Assembly (NCBI GenBank): GCA_919902995.1
Contig: CAKKSD010000008.1
Span: forward strand, 10,922-74,921
Source: Thermodesulfovibrionia bacterium
GTDB taxonomy: Bacteria; Nitrospirota; Thermodesulfovibrionia; JACRGW01
Reading direction: 5' to 3'
DNA: 64,000 bases
In this document: positions 16,183-26,538 of the stretch, piece after piece
How positions within the stretch are numbered: the first letter of the stretch is position 1
Layout: every line of letters starts with the position of its first letter
Notes under the pieces: model-generated
What the model was told of the DNA's origin: nothing
Databases searched by the model: none
What the model saw: only the letters and a program-made list of their open reading frames with translations
Made by a program: the position numbers and the translations under genes

Positions 16183-18723
16183 ATGAAGGATAGTCTAATC
16201 ATCAAGGGGGCAAGAGAGCATAATCTCAAGAATATTAATCTTGAGATCCCGAGAAACAAATTAGTTGTAATAACAGGATTATCTGGTTCCGGAAAATCCT
16301 CCCTTAGCTTTGACACAATATATGCTGAAGGTCAAAGGAGATATGTCGAGAGTCTCTCTGCATACGCCAGACAGTTCCTCGAACAGATGGATAAGCCTGA
16401 TGTCGATTCCATCGAAGGTCTCTCTCCTGCTATCTCTATCGAACAGAGGACAACCGCAAAGAATCCACGTTCCACCGTAGGGACTGTGACTGAAATATAT
16501 GATTATATGAGGCTCCTTTTCTCAAAAATAGGCTACCCCTATTGTTACAACTGCGGTAGAGAAATCAGATCTCAGACAGTCCAGCAGATGGTTGATTCGG
16601 TATTATTGCTCTCTGCTGGTACAAGATTCCAGGTCCTCGCTCCTGTTGTTAGAGGAAGGAAAGGGGAATATAAAAAGGAACTCCTCGAGATGAGAAGGAT
16701 GGGATACAGTAAGGCAAGGATCGATGGGAAGATCACGGACCTCTCAGATGATATAACACTGAATAAGAATAAGAGGCATACAATAGAAATAATTATTGAT
16801 CGCTTAATCGTCAAGGAAGGTATAGAAAAACGGATTGCAGACTCCATTGAGATTGCTATAAGGCTTTCAAAGGGAATAGTCATTATAAACGAGCTGGATA
16901 AAGGAAGAGACATCCTTTACAGTGAGAAACTTGCATGTCTTTATTGTGGAATAAGTTATTCAGAAATAACTCCAAGAACCTTTTCCTTCAATAGCCCCCA
17001 TGGTGCCTGTCCGGATTGTGGGGGCTTAGGTATTGAGAAGGTCAGAGGTATTGAAGACGAGGATGAGCTTACAGGGAACCTTACCTGCCAATCCTGTGGC
17101 GGTAGTAGATTAAAGAGGGAGAGCCTCTTTATAAAGATTGGGGGGTTATCAATAGCAGAGATTTCTCAGATGTCTGCAAAGAGAACACTCAGTTTCTTAA
17201 ACAATCTCACACTTTCAGATAAAGAGTCTTTCATAGCTCAGAGGATACTTAAAGAGATAAGGGAGAGGCTCGGATTCTTGGTGAATGTAGGGCTTGATTA
17301 TCTCACACTCGACAGATCAGCTGCTACCCTCTCAGCAGGTGAGGCGCAGAGGATAAGACTTTCCACACAGATAGGTTCTTCCCTGACAGGTGTACTCTAT
17401 ATCCTCGATGAACCGAGTATCGGACTCCATCAGAGGGATAACAGAAGGCTCCTTGACTCCCTTTGCAGGCTCAGGGATCTGGGGAACACTGTCATAATTG
17501 TTGAGCATGACGAAGAGACTATGAGAAGGGCTGATTACCTTATAGATATTGGTCCTGGTGCAGGTATACATGGTGGAGGGGTTGTGGCACAGGGAAGTAT
17601 TGAAAGCATAATAAACACTGAAATGTCCCTGACAGGTATGTATCTCAAGGGAGAACTTTCAATCCCTGTACCAGAAAGGAGGAGGAAACCAAAAGGATTT
17701 TTGAGGATAATTGGCCCGAGAGAGAATAACCTTAAGGGAATAGATATTGGTATCCCTATAGGAATCTTAACCTGTGTCACAGGGGTCTCAGGGTCAGGGA
17801 AGTCAACCCTTGTCTTTGATATCCTCTATAAGTCCCTGGCTAAGATTTTATACCATTCACCAGAAAGGCCTGGAAAGCATAAGAGAATAGATGGCATGGA
17901 ACTTATAGATAAGGTTCTGGATATTGACCAGTCTCCGATAGGAAGGACACCGAGGTCAAATCCTGCCACCTATACAGGACTCTTTACCTATATAAGAGAA
18001 ATTTTCTCACATCTCCCAGAGGCGAGGATAAGAGGTTATAAACCAGGAAGATTCAGCTTTAATATTAAGGGAGGTCGTTGCGAGGCCTGCAAAGGAGACG
18101 GATCAATAAAGATAGCTATGCATTTCCTTCCAGATGTCTATGTCACATGCGATCAATGTAAGGGGAAGAGATATAACAGGGAGACCCTCGATATAAGGTA
18201 CAAAGGGAAAAATATCGCGGAGGTTTTGGAAATGACTGTGGAAGAGGCATTGATCTTCTTAGAGAATATACCACATATAAGAGAAAAACTTGATACCCTT
18301 AACGGTATCGGACTTGGCTATATAACACTGGGTCAGTCTGCCACTACATTATCAGGTGGAGAAGCACAGAGGGTGAAGCTCTCCAAAGAGCTTTCCAAGA
18401 GGGAAACAGGCAAGACACTCTATATCCTCGATGAACCTACAACAGGTCTCCATTTTGCTGATATACAGAAGCTCCTCGATGTCCTTAACCGTCTCGTTGA
18501 TACAGGGAATACAGTTGTGGTCATAGAGCATAATCTTGATGTAATAAAGACTGCAGACCATATAATAGACCTTGGTCCAGAGGGAGGAGATGATGGGGGA
18601 TGGGTTGTGGCTACCGGAACACCAGAAGAAGTATCAGGGATAGCCAATTCATATACAGGGCAGTTTCTTAAAAGGGTTCTTGGAGGGAAGATCGATCGTG
18701 AGAAGGTATTTGTCCATGCATAG
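16183..18723 (+). CDS. uvrA: excinuclease ABC subunit A
   Basis: Two ABC ATPase modules ([20 protein letters not shown]) and zinc-finger Cys clusters. The N-terminus [18 protein letters not shown] is typical of UvrA. Confidence 0.9.
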   Translation: MKDSLIIKGAREHNLKNINLEIPRNKLVVITGLSGSGKSSLSFDTIYAEGQRRYVESLSAYARQFLEQMDKPDVDSIEGLSPAISIEQRTTAKNPRSTVGTVTEIYDYMRLLFSKIGYPYCYNCGREIRSQTVQQMVDSVLLLSAGTRFQVLAPVVRGRKGEYKKELLEMRRMGYSKARIDGKITDLSDDITLNKNKRHTIEIIIDRLIVKEGIEKRIADSIEIAIRLSKGIVIINELDKGRDILYSEKLACLYCGISYSEITPRTFSFNSPHGACPDCGGLGIEKVRGIEDEDELTGNLTCQSCGGSRLKRESLFIKIGGLSIAEISQMSAKRTLSFLNNLTLSDKESFIAQRILKEIRERLGFLVNVGLDYLTLDRSAATLSAGEAQRIRLSTQIGSSLTGVLYILDEPSIGLHQRDNRRLLDSLCRLRDLGNTVIIVEHDEETMRRADYLIDIGPGAGIHGGGVVAQGSIESIINTEMSLTGMYLKGELSIPVPERRRKPKGFLRIIGPRENNLKGIDIGIPIGILTCVTGVSGSGKSTLVFDILYKSLAKILYHSPERPGKHKRIDGMELIDKVLDIDQSPIGRTPRSNPATYTGLFTYIREIFSHLPEARIRGYKPGRFSFNIKGGRCEACKGDGSIKIAMHFLPDVYVTCDQCKGKRYNRETLDIRYKGKNIAEVLEMTVEEALIFLENIPHIREKLDTLNGIGLGYITLGQSATTLSGGEAQRVKLSKELSKRETGKTLYILDEPTTGLHFADIQKLLDVLNRLVDTGNTVVVIEHNLDVIKTADHIIDLGPEGGDDGGWVVATGTPEEVSGIANSYTGQFLKRVLGGKIDREKVFVHA

Positions 18724-18741
18724 GAGAAAATGTTCGGATAA

Positions 18742-18830
18742 ATCAGAGATTGCTTCGCCCCTGACTGGATCAGAGGCTCGCAACGACACCACAATATCAA
18801 GGTTTGTCATTGCGAGTGAAACGAAGCAAT
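18742..18830. repeat. intergenic hairpin element (agattgcttcg ... cgaagcaatct with internal gtcattgcgag arms)
   Basis: Terminal 11-bp inverted repeats. Lies between uvrA and apbE and generates spurious ORFs. Confidence 0.4.
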
Positions 18831-18874
18831 CTTATTCTCCAGAGTTTTACAGAAATTTTATCACTAAAAAATAT

Positions 18875-19858
18875 TTGATAGGATATATCAGTCTTATCAC
18901 AATCCTTCTACTCCTCTCCTGCGCCAAAGAACTCCCTATCTTTAAAAAGACTAAATTCCTTATGGATACAGTGGTAACTATTACTGCTGTTGGACCAAAA
19001 GAAGAGGTTGAGAAGGCGATAGATGCAACATTCTCAGAGATAGAAAGACTCGAATCCCTTATGTCAGGTTTTAGAGAAGGGAACGATGTGGACAGGATAA
19101 ACAGGTCTGCTGGGATAAATCCAGTTAAAGTGGATAGGGATGTCCTAATTGTTATAACCAAGGCGATAGAAATCTCAGAGATGACCGGCGGTGCCTTCGA
19201 TATCACGATAGGCCCTCTCAGTAGTCTCTGGGGATTTGGGGTTAAAGAAAATTATATTCCTGCAAGGGATGATATTAAAAAGGCCCTTTCTCTTGTTGAC
19301 TATAGAAAGTTACATGTAAATGTACAAAAATCTGAGGTCTTACTTAAGGAGAAAGGCATGAAAATAGATTTGGGTGGAATAGCGAAGGGTTATGCAGCAG
19401 ATAAGGGAGTTGAGGTCCTCAAAGGAGAAGGAATAAAGGCAGGGATAGTGGCTGTGGCAGGTGATATAAGGGTCTTCGGAAAAAGGCCTGATGGCAAACC
19501 CTGGCATATTGGCATAAAACATCCGAGGGAAAAGGATAAAGTCCTTACTACGATTGACCTCGAGGATAGTTCTATATCAACATCCGGGGATTATGAGAGA
19601 TTTTTCGTAAAGGATGGAATCAGATACCACCATATCTTCGATCCTAAAAATGGGCTTCCTGCTCCAAATTGTCAGAGCGTTACAATAATATCAAAGGAAG
19701 GTATTCTTGTAGATGCCCTGGCAACAGCGGTTTTTGTTTTGGGACCAGAAAAGGGTATGGAGTTTATCGAGTCTAATAAATTAATCAAAGGGATAATCGT
19801 GGATTCAAGGGGAGAGGTTAAGATTTCCTCGGCACTCAGGAGGAAGGTTGGGCTTTAG
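18875..19858 (+). CDS. apbE: FAD:protein FMN transferase (ApbE family lipoprotein)
   Basis: Lipoprotein signal LITILLLLSC, then ApbE core (MDTVVTITAVG, IDLGGIAKGYAAD). Probable TTG start. The track ORF starts earlier inside a repeat. Confidence 0.7.
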   Translation: MIGYISLITILLLLSCAKELPIFKKTKFLMDTVVTITAVGPKEEVEKAIDATFSEIERLESLMSGFREGNDVDRINRSAGINPVKVDRDVLIVITKAIEISEMTGGAFDITIGPLSSLWGFGVKENYIPARDDIKKALSLVDYRKLHVNVQKSEVLLKEKGMKIDLGGIAKGYAADKGVEVLKGEGIKAGIVAVAGDIRVFGKRPDGKPWHIGIKHPREKDKVLTTIDLEDSSISTSGDYERFFVKDGIRYHHIFDPKNGLPAPNCQSVTIISKEGILVDALATAVFVLGPEKGMEFIESNKLIKGIIVDSRGEVKISSALRRKVGL

Positions 19859-20231
19859 GGATATTATAAAGGGAATGACTTTCTGGGATAAGGTTTTGAT
19901 ACTGTTACTTTCAGGAATAACAGTCTTAAGTTTCTTTGTCGTTAAAACAATCTTTCCTCAAGGTGCAGAGGCATCCATAGATGTAGAGGGAAGGAATATC
20001 GGCTCCTATTCCCTTGAAGAAAACAGGATACTCAAGATTAAAGGCCCCCTGGGGATAACAGAGATCGAAATCAAAAATGGTAAGGTAAGAGTTATTAAGG
20101 ACCCCTCTCGTTATAAGATTTGTATAAATCAGGGATGGATATCAAAATCTGGTGAGGCCCTTATATGTCTTCCAAGCAGGATAATTGTCTCTATTACGGG
20201 TGAGGGCAGGTACGATGCTATCAGCTGGTAG
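19848..20231 (+). CDS. NusG domain II-like protein (ApbE-associated)
   Basis: 127 aa with an N-terminal TM segment. Sits between ApbE and a Gx-transporter gene, as in many ApbE loci. Assigned by context and size. Confidence 0.35.
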   Translation: MGFRDIIKGMTFWDKVLILLLSGITVLSFFVVKTIFPQGAEASIDVEGRNIGSYSLEENRILKIKGPLGITEIEIKNGKVRVIKDPSRYKICINQGWISKSGEALICLPSRIIVSITGEGRYDAISW

Positions 20232-20235
20232 GAAA

Positions 20236-20760
20236 ATGGAACTGAGAGAGATGGTCTACCTCTCATTACTTTCAACATTCGCCATTGTGATTCATAGCCT
20301 TGAGATAGTTTTCCCTTCACCACTACCATGGCTGAGATTGGGGCTTGCGAATATAATTACACTTGTAACCCTCCTGCTCTTCGGTATTAAGGCAGGACTT
20401 TTTGTCACAACTATAAGGGTTCTTGTGGGTTCACTCATTACAGGCTCCTTTCTTAATCCAGGTTTTTTCCTGAGCCTTTCAGGTGGAGTGGTAAGCACAC
20501 TCGCTATGGGTCTTATGATCTCGTTATTCAGGAATGCCTTCAGCCCTATCGGCATAAGTCTCATCGGTGCATTCACACATAACCTTACCCAGATAGCTAT
20601 GGCATATATAATGATAGTAAAGCGAAAGGAGATCTTTCTTCTTACCCCTGTAATCCTGGGTTTTGCTATCATTACAGGGACCTTTAACGGGATTGCCTCT
20701 TCTCTTTTATCCGATCATCTTAGGGGTATAATAGGAATGAAGTCAGTGGGTAGGAGATAG
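20236..20760 (+). CDS. Gx transporter / heptaprenyl-diphosphate-synthase-component-I-like membrane protein
   Basis: Polytopic membrane protein with Gly-rich helices. Linked to ApbE and NusG-II. Start taken at MELREM. Confidence 0.4.
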   Translation: MELREMVYLSLLSTFAIVIHSLEIVFPSPLPWLRLGLANIITLVTLLLFGIKAGLFVTTIRVLVGSLITGSFLNPGFFLSLSGGVVSTLAMGLMISLFRNAFSPIGISLIGAFTHNLTQIAMAYIMIVKRKEIFLLTPVILGFAIITGTFNGIASSLLSDHLRGIIGMKSVGRR

Positions 20761-20767
20761 AAGGGAG

Positions 20768-22333
20768 CTATTGCCTGTTCTTTCTTTGGAGTTCTTCATA
20801 GATCCTTGCATTCTCGATAGCTGTTCCGCATACCTCTGCCAGTGAAGAAGAAAAGGAGATGTCCTCTTCTGAAAACTGTCGTGACCTGTCTGTGAGGAGC
20901 CTCAAGACCCCTATCACCTTTCCCTTCGCAATTATTGGTAATGTGAGCATACTTTTTATGCCCTCTTTTAGTGCCTCCTTCTGGTAATGGACCCTGGGGT
21001 CGGTGGTAACATCGTATATGGCGACGGACCTTGTCTGGAGAGCTTCCCTTACATTTTCTTCTGTATCAACAGGTCCTCTCCCAAGGTATTCCTCACTCAG
21101 GCCATAAGCTGAAACAAGTTCGAGTTTCTGCTCTGTAGAATCCAGCAACCTTATAGTGGCAGCCTTTAAATTCATAACCTCTGGCAGTTTCCTGACTATA
21201 AGGTTAAGAACTTCGTTCAATCTTAGTGTGGAACTTACTACCTTCGTAACTTCCTCAAATACCCTGAGGTATTCCTTTGCTCTTGATACAGTGGTCTCGA
21301 ATTTCCTTGCATTGACTATGGCAATGGCGGCCTGTTCAGCTATAGCCGTCATAAATTTCAGGTCTTCATCTTTATATTTCACTGGCTCAGAGGTATACAT
21401 CCTGAGAACGCCTATCACTTCATCCTTGAATTTAACAGGGATTGAAAGAATACTCCTTATCCCTTCGTCCTCTGCTTCTTTTTGATACTTTGCATTGGTA
21501 TCGGATGTTATGTCATATACGGATACTGCCTTGCCGGTCAGGGCATCGGATATACTTTCGTCGTAGGCAACAGGCCCTTTTTCCACATACCTTTTTCTCA
21601 AACCGTAATAGGCAGCAACCTCCAGCTGCTGTGTTTCCTTATTCATAAGTCTCAGCATGCTTGCCTTTACATTCATAACCTTTACTACATTCGTCACTAT
21701 CAAGTCCAGAACCTCATTAAGTGAAAGGCTTGAGCTTATAGCCTTGCAGATATTCTGATAGCTCTCGAGATAGACCCTTTTCTCGAAGATCGTCTCGGCG
21801 CAATCTGGACACATCCCATGGGTGAATACCCCAAATCCCTCCTCGGTCAGGTATTTCTCTATCTGTTCCCAGGACTTCTCGGTGATCTTTATCTTCTTGC
21901 ACCATGCGCATATCGGTACCAGTCTATCCTTTCTATGTTTCTTTATGTACGACTCTAAAAAGGAAAATACCCTTGAATTATCCCGAAGGAGAGAGACAGA
22001 GCCGATGACTTTCCCACCTCTGAAAACAGGAGAGGCCTGTTCTTCTATATATATCCTTTCGCTACTCTTATTTACAAGGAATAGATTTTTTACAGTTGTC
22101 CTTGAAGACTGTAAACATAGTATCGCGGGGTACTCGTAGGAGAGAAGGGGAGTGCCGGATTCATCTTCGTAAGAAATTATCTCTTCACAGTTCTTTCCCC
22201 TTACATCCTCTGCATTGTAACCAGTGAGAGCTTCTGCACCCTTGTTCCAGTAAGTTATCTTCCTATTGCTATCTACATGATAGACTCCGTCGAAGATGCT
22301 GCTCAGAATGTCGAGATAGATATTCCGAAACAT
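20768..22333 (-). CDS. PAS + tandem GAF domain sensor protein with no recognisable output domain
   Basis: N-terminal PAS (YHVDSNRKITYWNKGAEALTGY), Cys motif CAWCKK...HGMCPDC, then two GAF-like repeats (LNEVL.LIV..V...M). Confidence 0.6.
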   Translation of the reverse strand: MFRNIYLDILSSIFDGVYHVDSNRKITYWNKGAEALTGYNAEDVRGKNCEEIISYEDESGTPLLSYEYPAILCLQSSRTTVKNLFLVNKSSERIYIEEQASPVFRGGKVIGSVSLLRDNSRVFSFLESYIKKHRKDRLVPICAWCKKIKITEKSWEQIEKYLTEEGFGVFTHGMCPDCAETIFEKRVYLESYQNICKAISSSLSLNEVLDLIVTNVVKVMNVKASMLRLMNKETQQLEVAAYYGLRKRYVEKGPVAYDESISDALTGKAVSVYDITSDTNAKYQKEAEDEGIRSILSIPVKFKDEVIGVLRMYTSEPVKYKDEDLKFMTAIAEQAAIAIVNARKFETTVSRAKEYLRVFEEVTKVVSSTLRLNEVLNLIVRKLPEVMNLKAATIRLLDSTEQKLELVSAYGLSEEYLGRGPVDTEENVREALQTRSVAIYDVTTDPRVHYQKEALKEGIKSMLTLPIIAKGKVIGVLRLLTDRSRQFSEEDISFSSSLAEVCGTAIENARIYEELQRKNRQ

Positions 22334-22373
22334 GGCATATTATAACATCAGGACAATGATTTTTTCACATATG

Positions 22374-22934
22374 TTAGATTTTGTTATCTGTAGGCTTTAA
22401 CAGCTCAATATATGCCTTTTCTACAAGATCATTCTTGCTTATTCCCAGTTTCTCCATTATCTCATTTGCAATATGAATCCCTTCTGAAACTGTCTGCCGG
22501 GGAGATAGGACCACTTCGATTTCAACAAACGATCCGAGACTCTCGACATCATCGAGGTGAATTCGGGTTTGTCCCACAATGTAGAGTGTCCGCCTCTTAC
22601 GTATGACACCACGAACTCCTAAGGAGTTAGACAACACTTCACAGAGAGATCGGGGATCATGGGATGGTGAACGGATATACTGTGACTCCCTTGCCTCAGC
22701 TGAATCAGGACGCCGATAATAGATAAGCTCTCCTTCTGTCTCGGAAAACCTTCTGAGTTTCAGGTAACCATTGGGACATTGGAAAAAGGTATCTTCCTGC
22801 TTGGTCACAGAAGGCCCGCTATCAACAATCATCTCAGCCCGCTTCTGAATCAAGGCAAGGTCACTTACCCTTGCTTTGATTTCAACATTACGCCCCACCA
22901 GGGAACCAGGCTTACCAGCCGTCATATATGACAC
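22374..22934 (-). CDS. CYTH-domain protein (class IV adenylyl cyclase / triphosphatase family)
   Basis: NVEIKARV N-terminal ExK motif and YLKLRR...GELIYYRR beta-barrel signature typical of CyaB/ThTPase-like CYTH. Confidence 0.55.
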   Translation of the reverse strand: MSYMTAGKPGSLVGRNVEIKARVSDLALIQKRAEMIVDSGPSVTKQEDTFFQCPNGYLKLRRFSETEGELIYYRRPDSAEARESQYIRSPSHDPRSLCEVLSNSLGVRGVIRKRRTLYIVGQTRIHLDDVESLGSFVEIEVVLSPRQTVSEGIHIANEIMEKLGISKNDLVEKAYIELLKPTDNKI

Positions 22935-23043
22935 CTATTCTCAGTTCTTAAACAAGATTACTGTTCTCTGAAATAATCAAGTGTTGACATTTTACTTGAT
23001 GGTATGTTGGATAAAAGAGGTGCGAGAGGCAAAGCGTCTCTGT

Positions 23044-23409
23044 TCAATCGATAGGAAGACGCCTCCGGCGAATCCGAGTTTTCTCAATGACAACAATGGA
23101 ATTTGGCAACTCCTCTTCTGAAATCGTTTCGAGCGTTCGTTTTAAACGTTCTACAGATTCTTGTTCGCTATAATTTCCACCTCGAAAGAGTATTAACCCT
23201 GGACCTTCGGACTGCAACAAAGCCAGCAGTCGGGGATAATCTAAATCAGCCGTGATTACTACCCGCTTCTCATTTCGAGCATGCTCTAAGATTGTTGTAT
23301 CAGCGGCTCGATTTAATCCCGCATCCGTGGCATGAACAGCGTCATGACCTTGCCCCACAAGCCAGACAGCCAAATCTGGTGACAAAGGCATGTCGATGAG
23401 AAACTTCAT
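23044..23409 (-). CDS. DUF5615-family PIN-like toxin
   Basis: MKFLIDMPLSPDLAVWLVGQGHDAVHA...ADLDY. GC-rich relative to surroundings. Overlaps the DUF433 gene. Confidence 0.5.
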   Translation of the reverse strand: MKFLIDMPLSPDLAVWLVGQGHDAVHATDAGLNRAADTTILEHARNEKRVVITADLDYPRLLALLQSEGPGLILFRGGNYSEQESVERLKRTLETISEEELPNSIVVIEKTRIRRRRLPID

Positions 23410-23645
23410 TTTGCAAGTTCTACCGTCTCTTCTTCTGCAAGATAAGCCGCATATTGCAGGGCTTCATCAATATCCTCTGGTTCAAGGTAAGGATAAGCCT
23501 TGAGAATAGTTTCCTTTGTCTCTCCGGAGGCAAGAAGTCCCAGCAATCGGGAGACCGGAAGTCGTAGTCCGCGGATACAAGGCTTGCCTGTACAAACATT
23601 CGGGTTTACTGTAATACGTTCAAATTTCATTGTTTCCACCTCCAA
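23406..23645 (-). CDS. DUF433-family antitoxin
   Basis: ITVNPNVCTGKPCIRGLRLPVSRLLGLLASGETKETILKAYPYLEPEDI is the hallmark DUF433 sequence. Confidence 0.55.
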   Translation of the reverse strand: MEVETMKFERITVNPNVCTGKPCIRGLRLPVSRLLGLLASGETKETILKAYPYLEPEDIDEALQYAAYLAEEETVELAK

Positions 23646-23962
23646 ACATTCTCACACAATATAATATCTTTCTTCTCTTGTTATAACATAATCTTTTGGC
23701 CATAATGTTCTCTGTAAAATGTATTATATCACAAACTTTAGCCTTATCAAGTATTTTTATGTGTTGTGTTAGCTTTGACTTTTATAATATGTTTAAACCA
23801 GCTAATAGCTTAAATCACCTTATCTATCAGCCAGACCTCTTTAGCCTTTTGAGAAGTAAGTATCTTTTCTTCTTTGCATCGAATTATTAATAATCATAAA
23901 CATGAAAGATCTGAGAACACCCCTCCGGAGAGATGTAAATCGTGAAGAATCTTGTTACCTCC

Positions 23963-24140
23963 TATTATTTAATCGGATTTTCATCCATAACCTTTACAAA
24001 AGCTTCCTGGCATTTTTCGCACTCTTTCAGGTGCATCCGAATTCGAGCTTTCAGGTTAATTGCCAAAATCGCAGGCTCATTCCAGAATGTTTCCAGGTGC
24101 TTTGAAACCTCTTCACAAGAAATAGCAAATAATTCGTTTT
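23963..24140 (-). other. orphan zf-HC2 (anti-sigma-factor-like) reading frame lacking a canonical start
   Basis: The minus frame encodes ...ISCEEVSKHLETFWNEPAILAINLKARIRMHLKECEKCQEAFVKVMDENPIK* with HLxxCxxC. An ATG (MNKTNYLL...) lies in a different frame just upstream, so a 1-nt frameshift is possible. Confidence 0.2.
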
Positions 24141-24218
24141 ATTCATAAAAAGTATTCCATCCGTAACCCCAAAGTAATACCTGACAAACCGTCTTTTTCC
24201 TAATATCCTCATCCATTC

Positions 24219-25292
24219 TTAATCCCATCCATATATAAAATCGGTAAGTTTCTTACTAACCTCATTTGCAATATCTTCTTTCATCCTGTTTAACGCCCTT
24301 TCTTCAGCGTCTTTTATGGTGAGATGTCCTTCTTTTCCTGAGTTATTGATACTCCCGATGACTTTTCTGGTACTTTTATCAATCAATTTAAAATTTGCTG
24401 TCCACCGCACAAACTTAAATTCGGGATTCTCAATATATACTTCTTTAAACTCTACTTCGCCCTTTATGCTCAGATCTTCCGTCTGGTTTCCTTTAGCAAC
24501 AGAAAACCCCTGTATATTCAATCCCTCAATGATGGCGTTCTTTACATCATCACCCTTTTCTCCTGTTACCTCTACTCCGATAGAAAAGTCATTTTTTAAA
24601 AAATTCTCGAGTTCAGTACTTATCTCTGAAAGGCTGATAGGGCTATCTATCCCAAGACCGGATAGATTAATAACCCTCAAATCTTTGTTATATGCCTCTC
24701 TTCGAAGTAGAATCCTGATAGCACCTTTCATGCTCTTTATCTTCTGAGTTTTATCTGTAATTTCTCTCCCCCTTTTAACCGTCTCTTCTGCCTGCAAGTC
24801 AAAAGAGTGAATCTGTTCTTTAAGGGAATTGCCTGCCTTTATCCTGTCTATAATTGCGAGGGCATAATAAACCTTTTGTTCGCTGTCATGCCATATCTCG
24901 ACTATAACAACATTCTCCAAAACCTTATCCGTAGTTACCTTCGTTATCCGCTCGATCTCCATTTCTTCCTGAGTATCAGTTTTATCCATTGCTTTGACCT
25001 GTGCATATCTTTCATAGTCCCTGCTGATTGAGGAAACATTAGCAGAAAATATCCTTGAAATAGCTCCATAGGCATCTTTCTCAGCAATCTCTCTTGTCTC
25101 TCCATAACCTACACCTATAAGGTACTGCTTCTCAGGATAAGAATTGCTCCGCCCATCCACCCAGTCGGGTTTCATTTCAGCAAAGGAAGAGATTGGCGCT
25201 ATAATAATTAGTGTCATAACAATAATATAAAACAGTTTCTCTTTTATCGTTTCCTTATATTTAAAACTCACATAAACTTTTACACTCATCAT
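24219..25292 (-). CDS. LPP20/FlgP-like lipoprotein family protein
   Basis: Signal peptide, then KQYLIGVGYGETREIAEKDAYGAISRIFS, the LPP20-domain pattern. Confidence 0.45.
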   Translation of the reverse strand: MMSVKVYVSFKYKETIKEKLFYIIVMTLIIIAPISSFAEMKPDWVDGRSNSYPEKQYLIGVGYGETREIAEKDAYGAISRIFSANVSSISRDYERYAQVKAMDKTDTQEEMEIERITKVTTDKVLENVVIVEIWHDSEQKVYYALAIIDRIKAGNSLKEQIHSFDLQAEETVKRGREITDKTQKIKSMKGAIRILLRREAYNKDLRVINLSGLGIDSPISLSEISTELENFLKNDFSIGVEVTGEKGDDVKNAIIEGLNIQGFSVAKGNQTEDLSIKGEVEFKEVYIENPEFKFVRWTANFKLIDKSTRKVIGSINNSGKEGHLTIKDAEERALNRMKEDIANEVSKKLTDFIYGWD

Positions 25293-25309
25293 GCCTTTAT
25301 CCTCAATTC

Positions 25310-26314
25310 TTATCTGCTCAGTGGGATGTTGCGGAGAACGGCTTTAGAGAGTTTACCATCCCACCTGGGATGTATAAAATCAACGACAATATTTGCATAT
25401 TTTGCTACTGATGAAACCTCATCATACCGTAGCACTAAATTCATAGATAAATTTGGTGGGACATCATGCCAGATATCAAAAATATAAATTGCACCATATT
25501 CCCTTGCACTCCTATTTTTCCCAAACTGTGCTATTGCTACCGAGTATTGATTACCCAAATCATCAACCATAATAGAGTTAGTGGGGCTGTGGATAATAAT
25601 ACCAATTTCTCTAGTTTTTTGGTCATTGTTTATTACAGATATACTACATGTTACTTTTTGTCCAGATACCTTGCATTCCTTTGCTTCAAAAATAAAATCT
25701 TTTACCTCAACTTTTGGCATCGCTTTTGGTTGTGAGGGTTTAGTTATAGTCGTGCCAGTTTCAGTTATCCTTCCACTTTTCATAAGTTTCACAATAGCAT
25801 CGCTCTTCTCAAGAAACGAGCTTGCTACTGCAAGCACATTTGCACGCTCTGTCCCTAACATCCGAATATTAATGTCAACTTCTCCTCCCAAATCGGTAAT
25901 CGTCCCTATCACGAGCGCATCAGCACCCAGAACCTTTCCAATAGACTGGGCAGTTTTATCGTCAATTATGCCTGTCATGCCGAGTCTCATCTCCTTTAAG
26001 GCAGATTCAAGTCGGGTTCGCTCTACAACCTCAAATTTATCCCGATAGCGAAAAAGACTGTTAGTTAATTTATCGGAAAGATATAAACCAAGCTCTGTTA
26101 TTTCCCCTGTCTGGAGTGTAAAATTCATAACAGCGACCCTTCTTTTATTCTGTTCCAGCATGGTTGAAGATATCTGCTGAGATAGTTGCGAGATGACTGT
26201 ATTAACATCCACCTTTTTAGACTGTTCTGTTACCTGAACCTGCGATTGGGTTGTAGCACAGCCAATTATGAAAAATACTGCTACTAAGGAATTTAATATA
26301 TATCTCCGCATCAT
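25310..26314 (-). CDS. CsgG/LpoB-like periplasmic lipoprotein
   Basis: Lipoprotein signal MMRRYILNSLVAVFFIIGC. RVAVMNFTLQTGEITELGLYLSDKLTNSLF...VVERTRLESALKEMRLGMTG...GADALVIGTITDLG matches the CsgG/LpoB fold pattern. The track's N-terminal extension to 26470 runs through a hairpin repeat and is rejected. Confidence 0.45.
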   Translation of the reverse strand: MMRRYILNSLVAVFFIIGCATTQSQVQVTEQSKKVDVNTVISQLSQQISSTMLEQNKRRVAVMNFTLQTGEITELGLYLSDKLTNSLFRYRDKFEVVERTRLESALKEMRLGMTGIIDDKTAQSIGKVLGADALVIGTITDLGGEVDINIRMLGTERANVLAVASSFLEKSDAIVKLMKSGRITETGTTITKPSQPKAMPKVEVKDFIFEAKECKVSGQKVTCSISVINNDQKTREIGIIIHSPTNSIMVDDLGNQYSVAIAQFGKNRSAREYGAIYIFDIWHDVPPNLSMNLVLRYDEVSSVAKYANIVVDFIHPRWDGKLSKAVLRNIPLSR

Positions 26315-26329
26315 CTTCACACTCCTATC

Positions 26330-26394
26330 TGTCATCCCAAACTTGTTTCTGGATCGCATGATAATAGATGCTGAAACAAGTTCAGCATGACAAC
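26330..26394. repeat. hairpin repeat family, copy 1 (gtcatcccaaacttgtttctggatc...gctgaaacaagttcagcatgacaa)
   Basis: Homologous to 55626-55696. Both sit in the 5' leader of minus-strand genes. Confidence 0.55.
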
Positions 26395-26538
26395 CCTTGG
26401 GAAGGTGTTCGCCATGAGTGAACGTATATCTCGTTCCCTTTTCTAATGTCTCCCGCGTATCCTCCATCATGTCTACCTTTTCCTTTTCAACTTCTTTAAA
26501 AAATGAAACCTCTTGGTTTTAATCCCCATCTTCTTCCA

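Noticed and set aside
18420-18800. 126-aa minus-strand ORF spanning the uvrA 3' end and the intergenic repeat.
   Set aside because: It overlaps uvrA antisense and reads through the 18742-18830 hairpin element. It is a repeat-generated artefact.
25310-26470. Track ORF extends the CsgG-like lipoprotein by 52 N-terminal residues (MMEDTRETLEKGTRYTFTHGEHLPKGCHAELVSASII...).
   Set aside because: The extension is the translation of the hairpin repeat at 26330-26394. A proper lipoprotein signal peptide begins at the internal MMRRY (26314), which is taken as the start.
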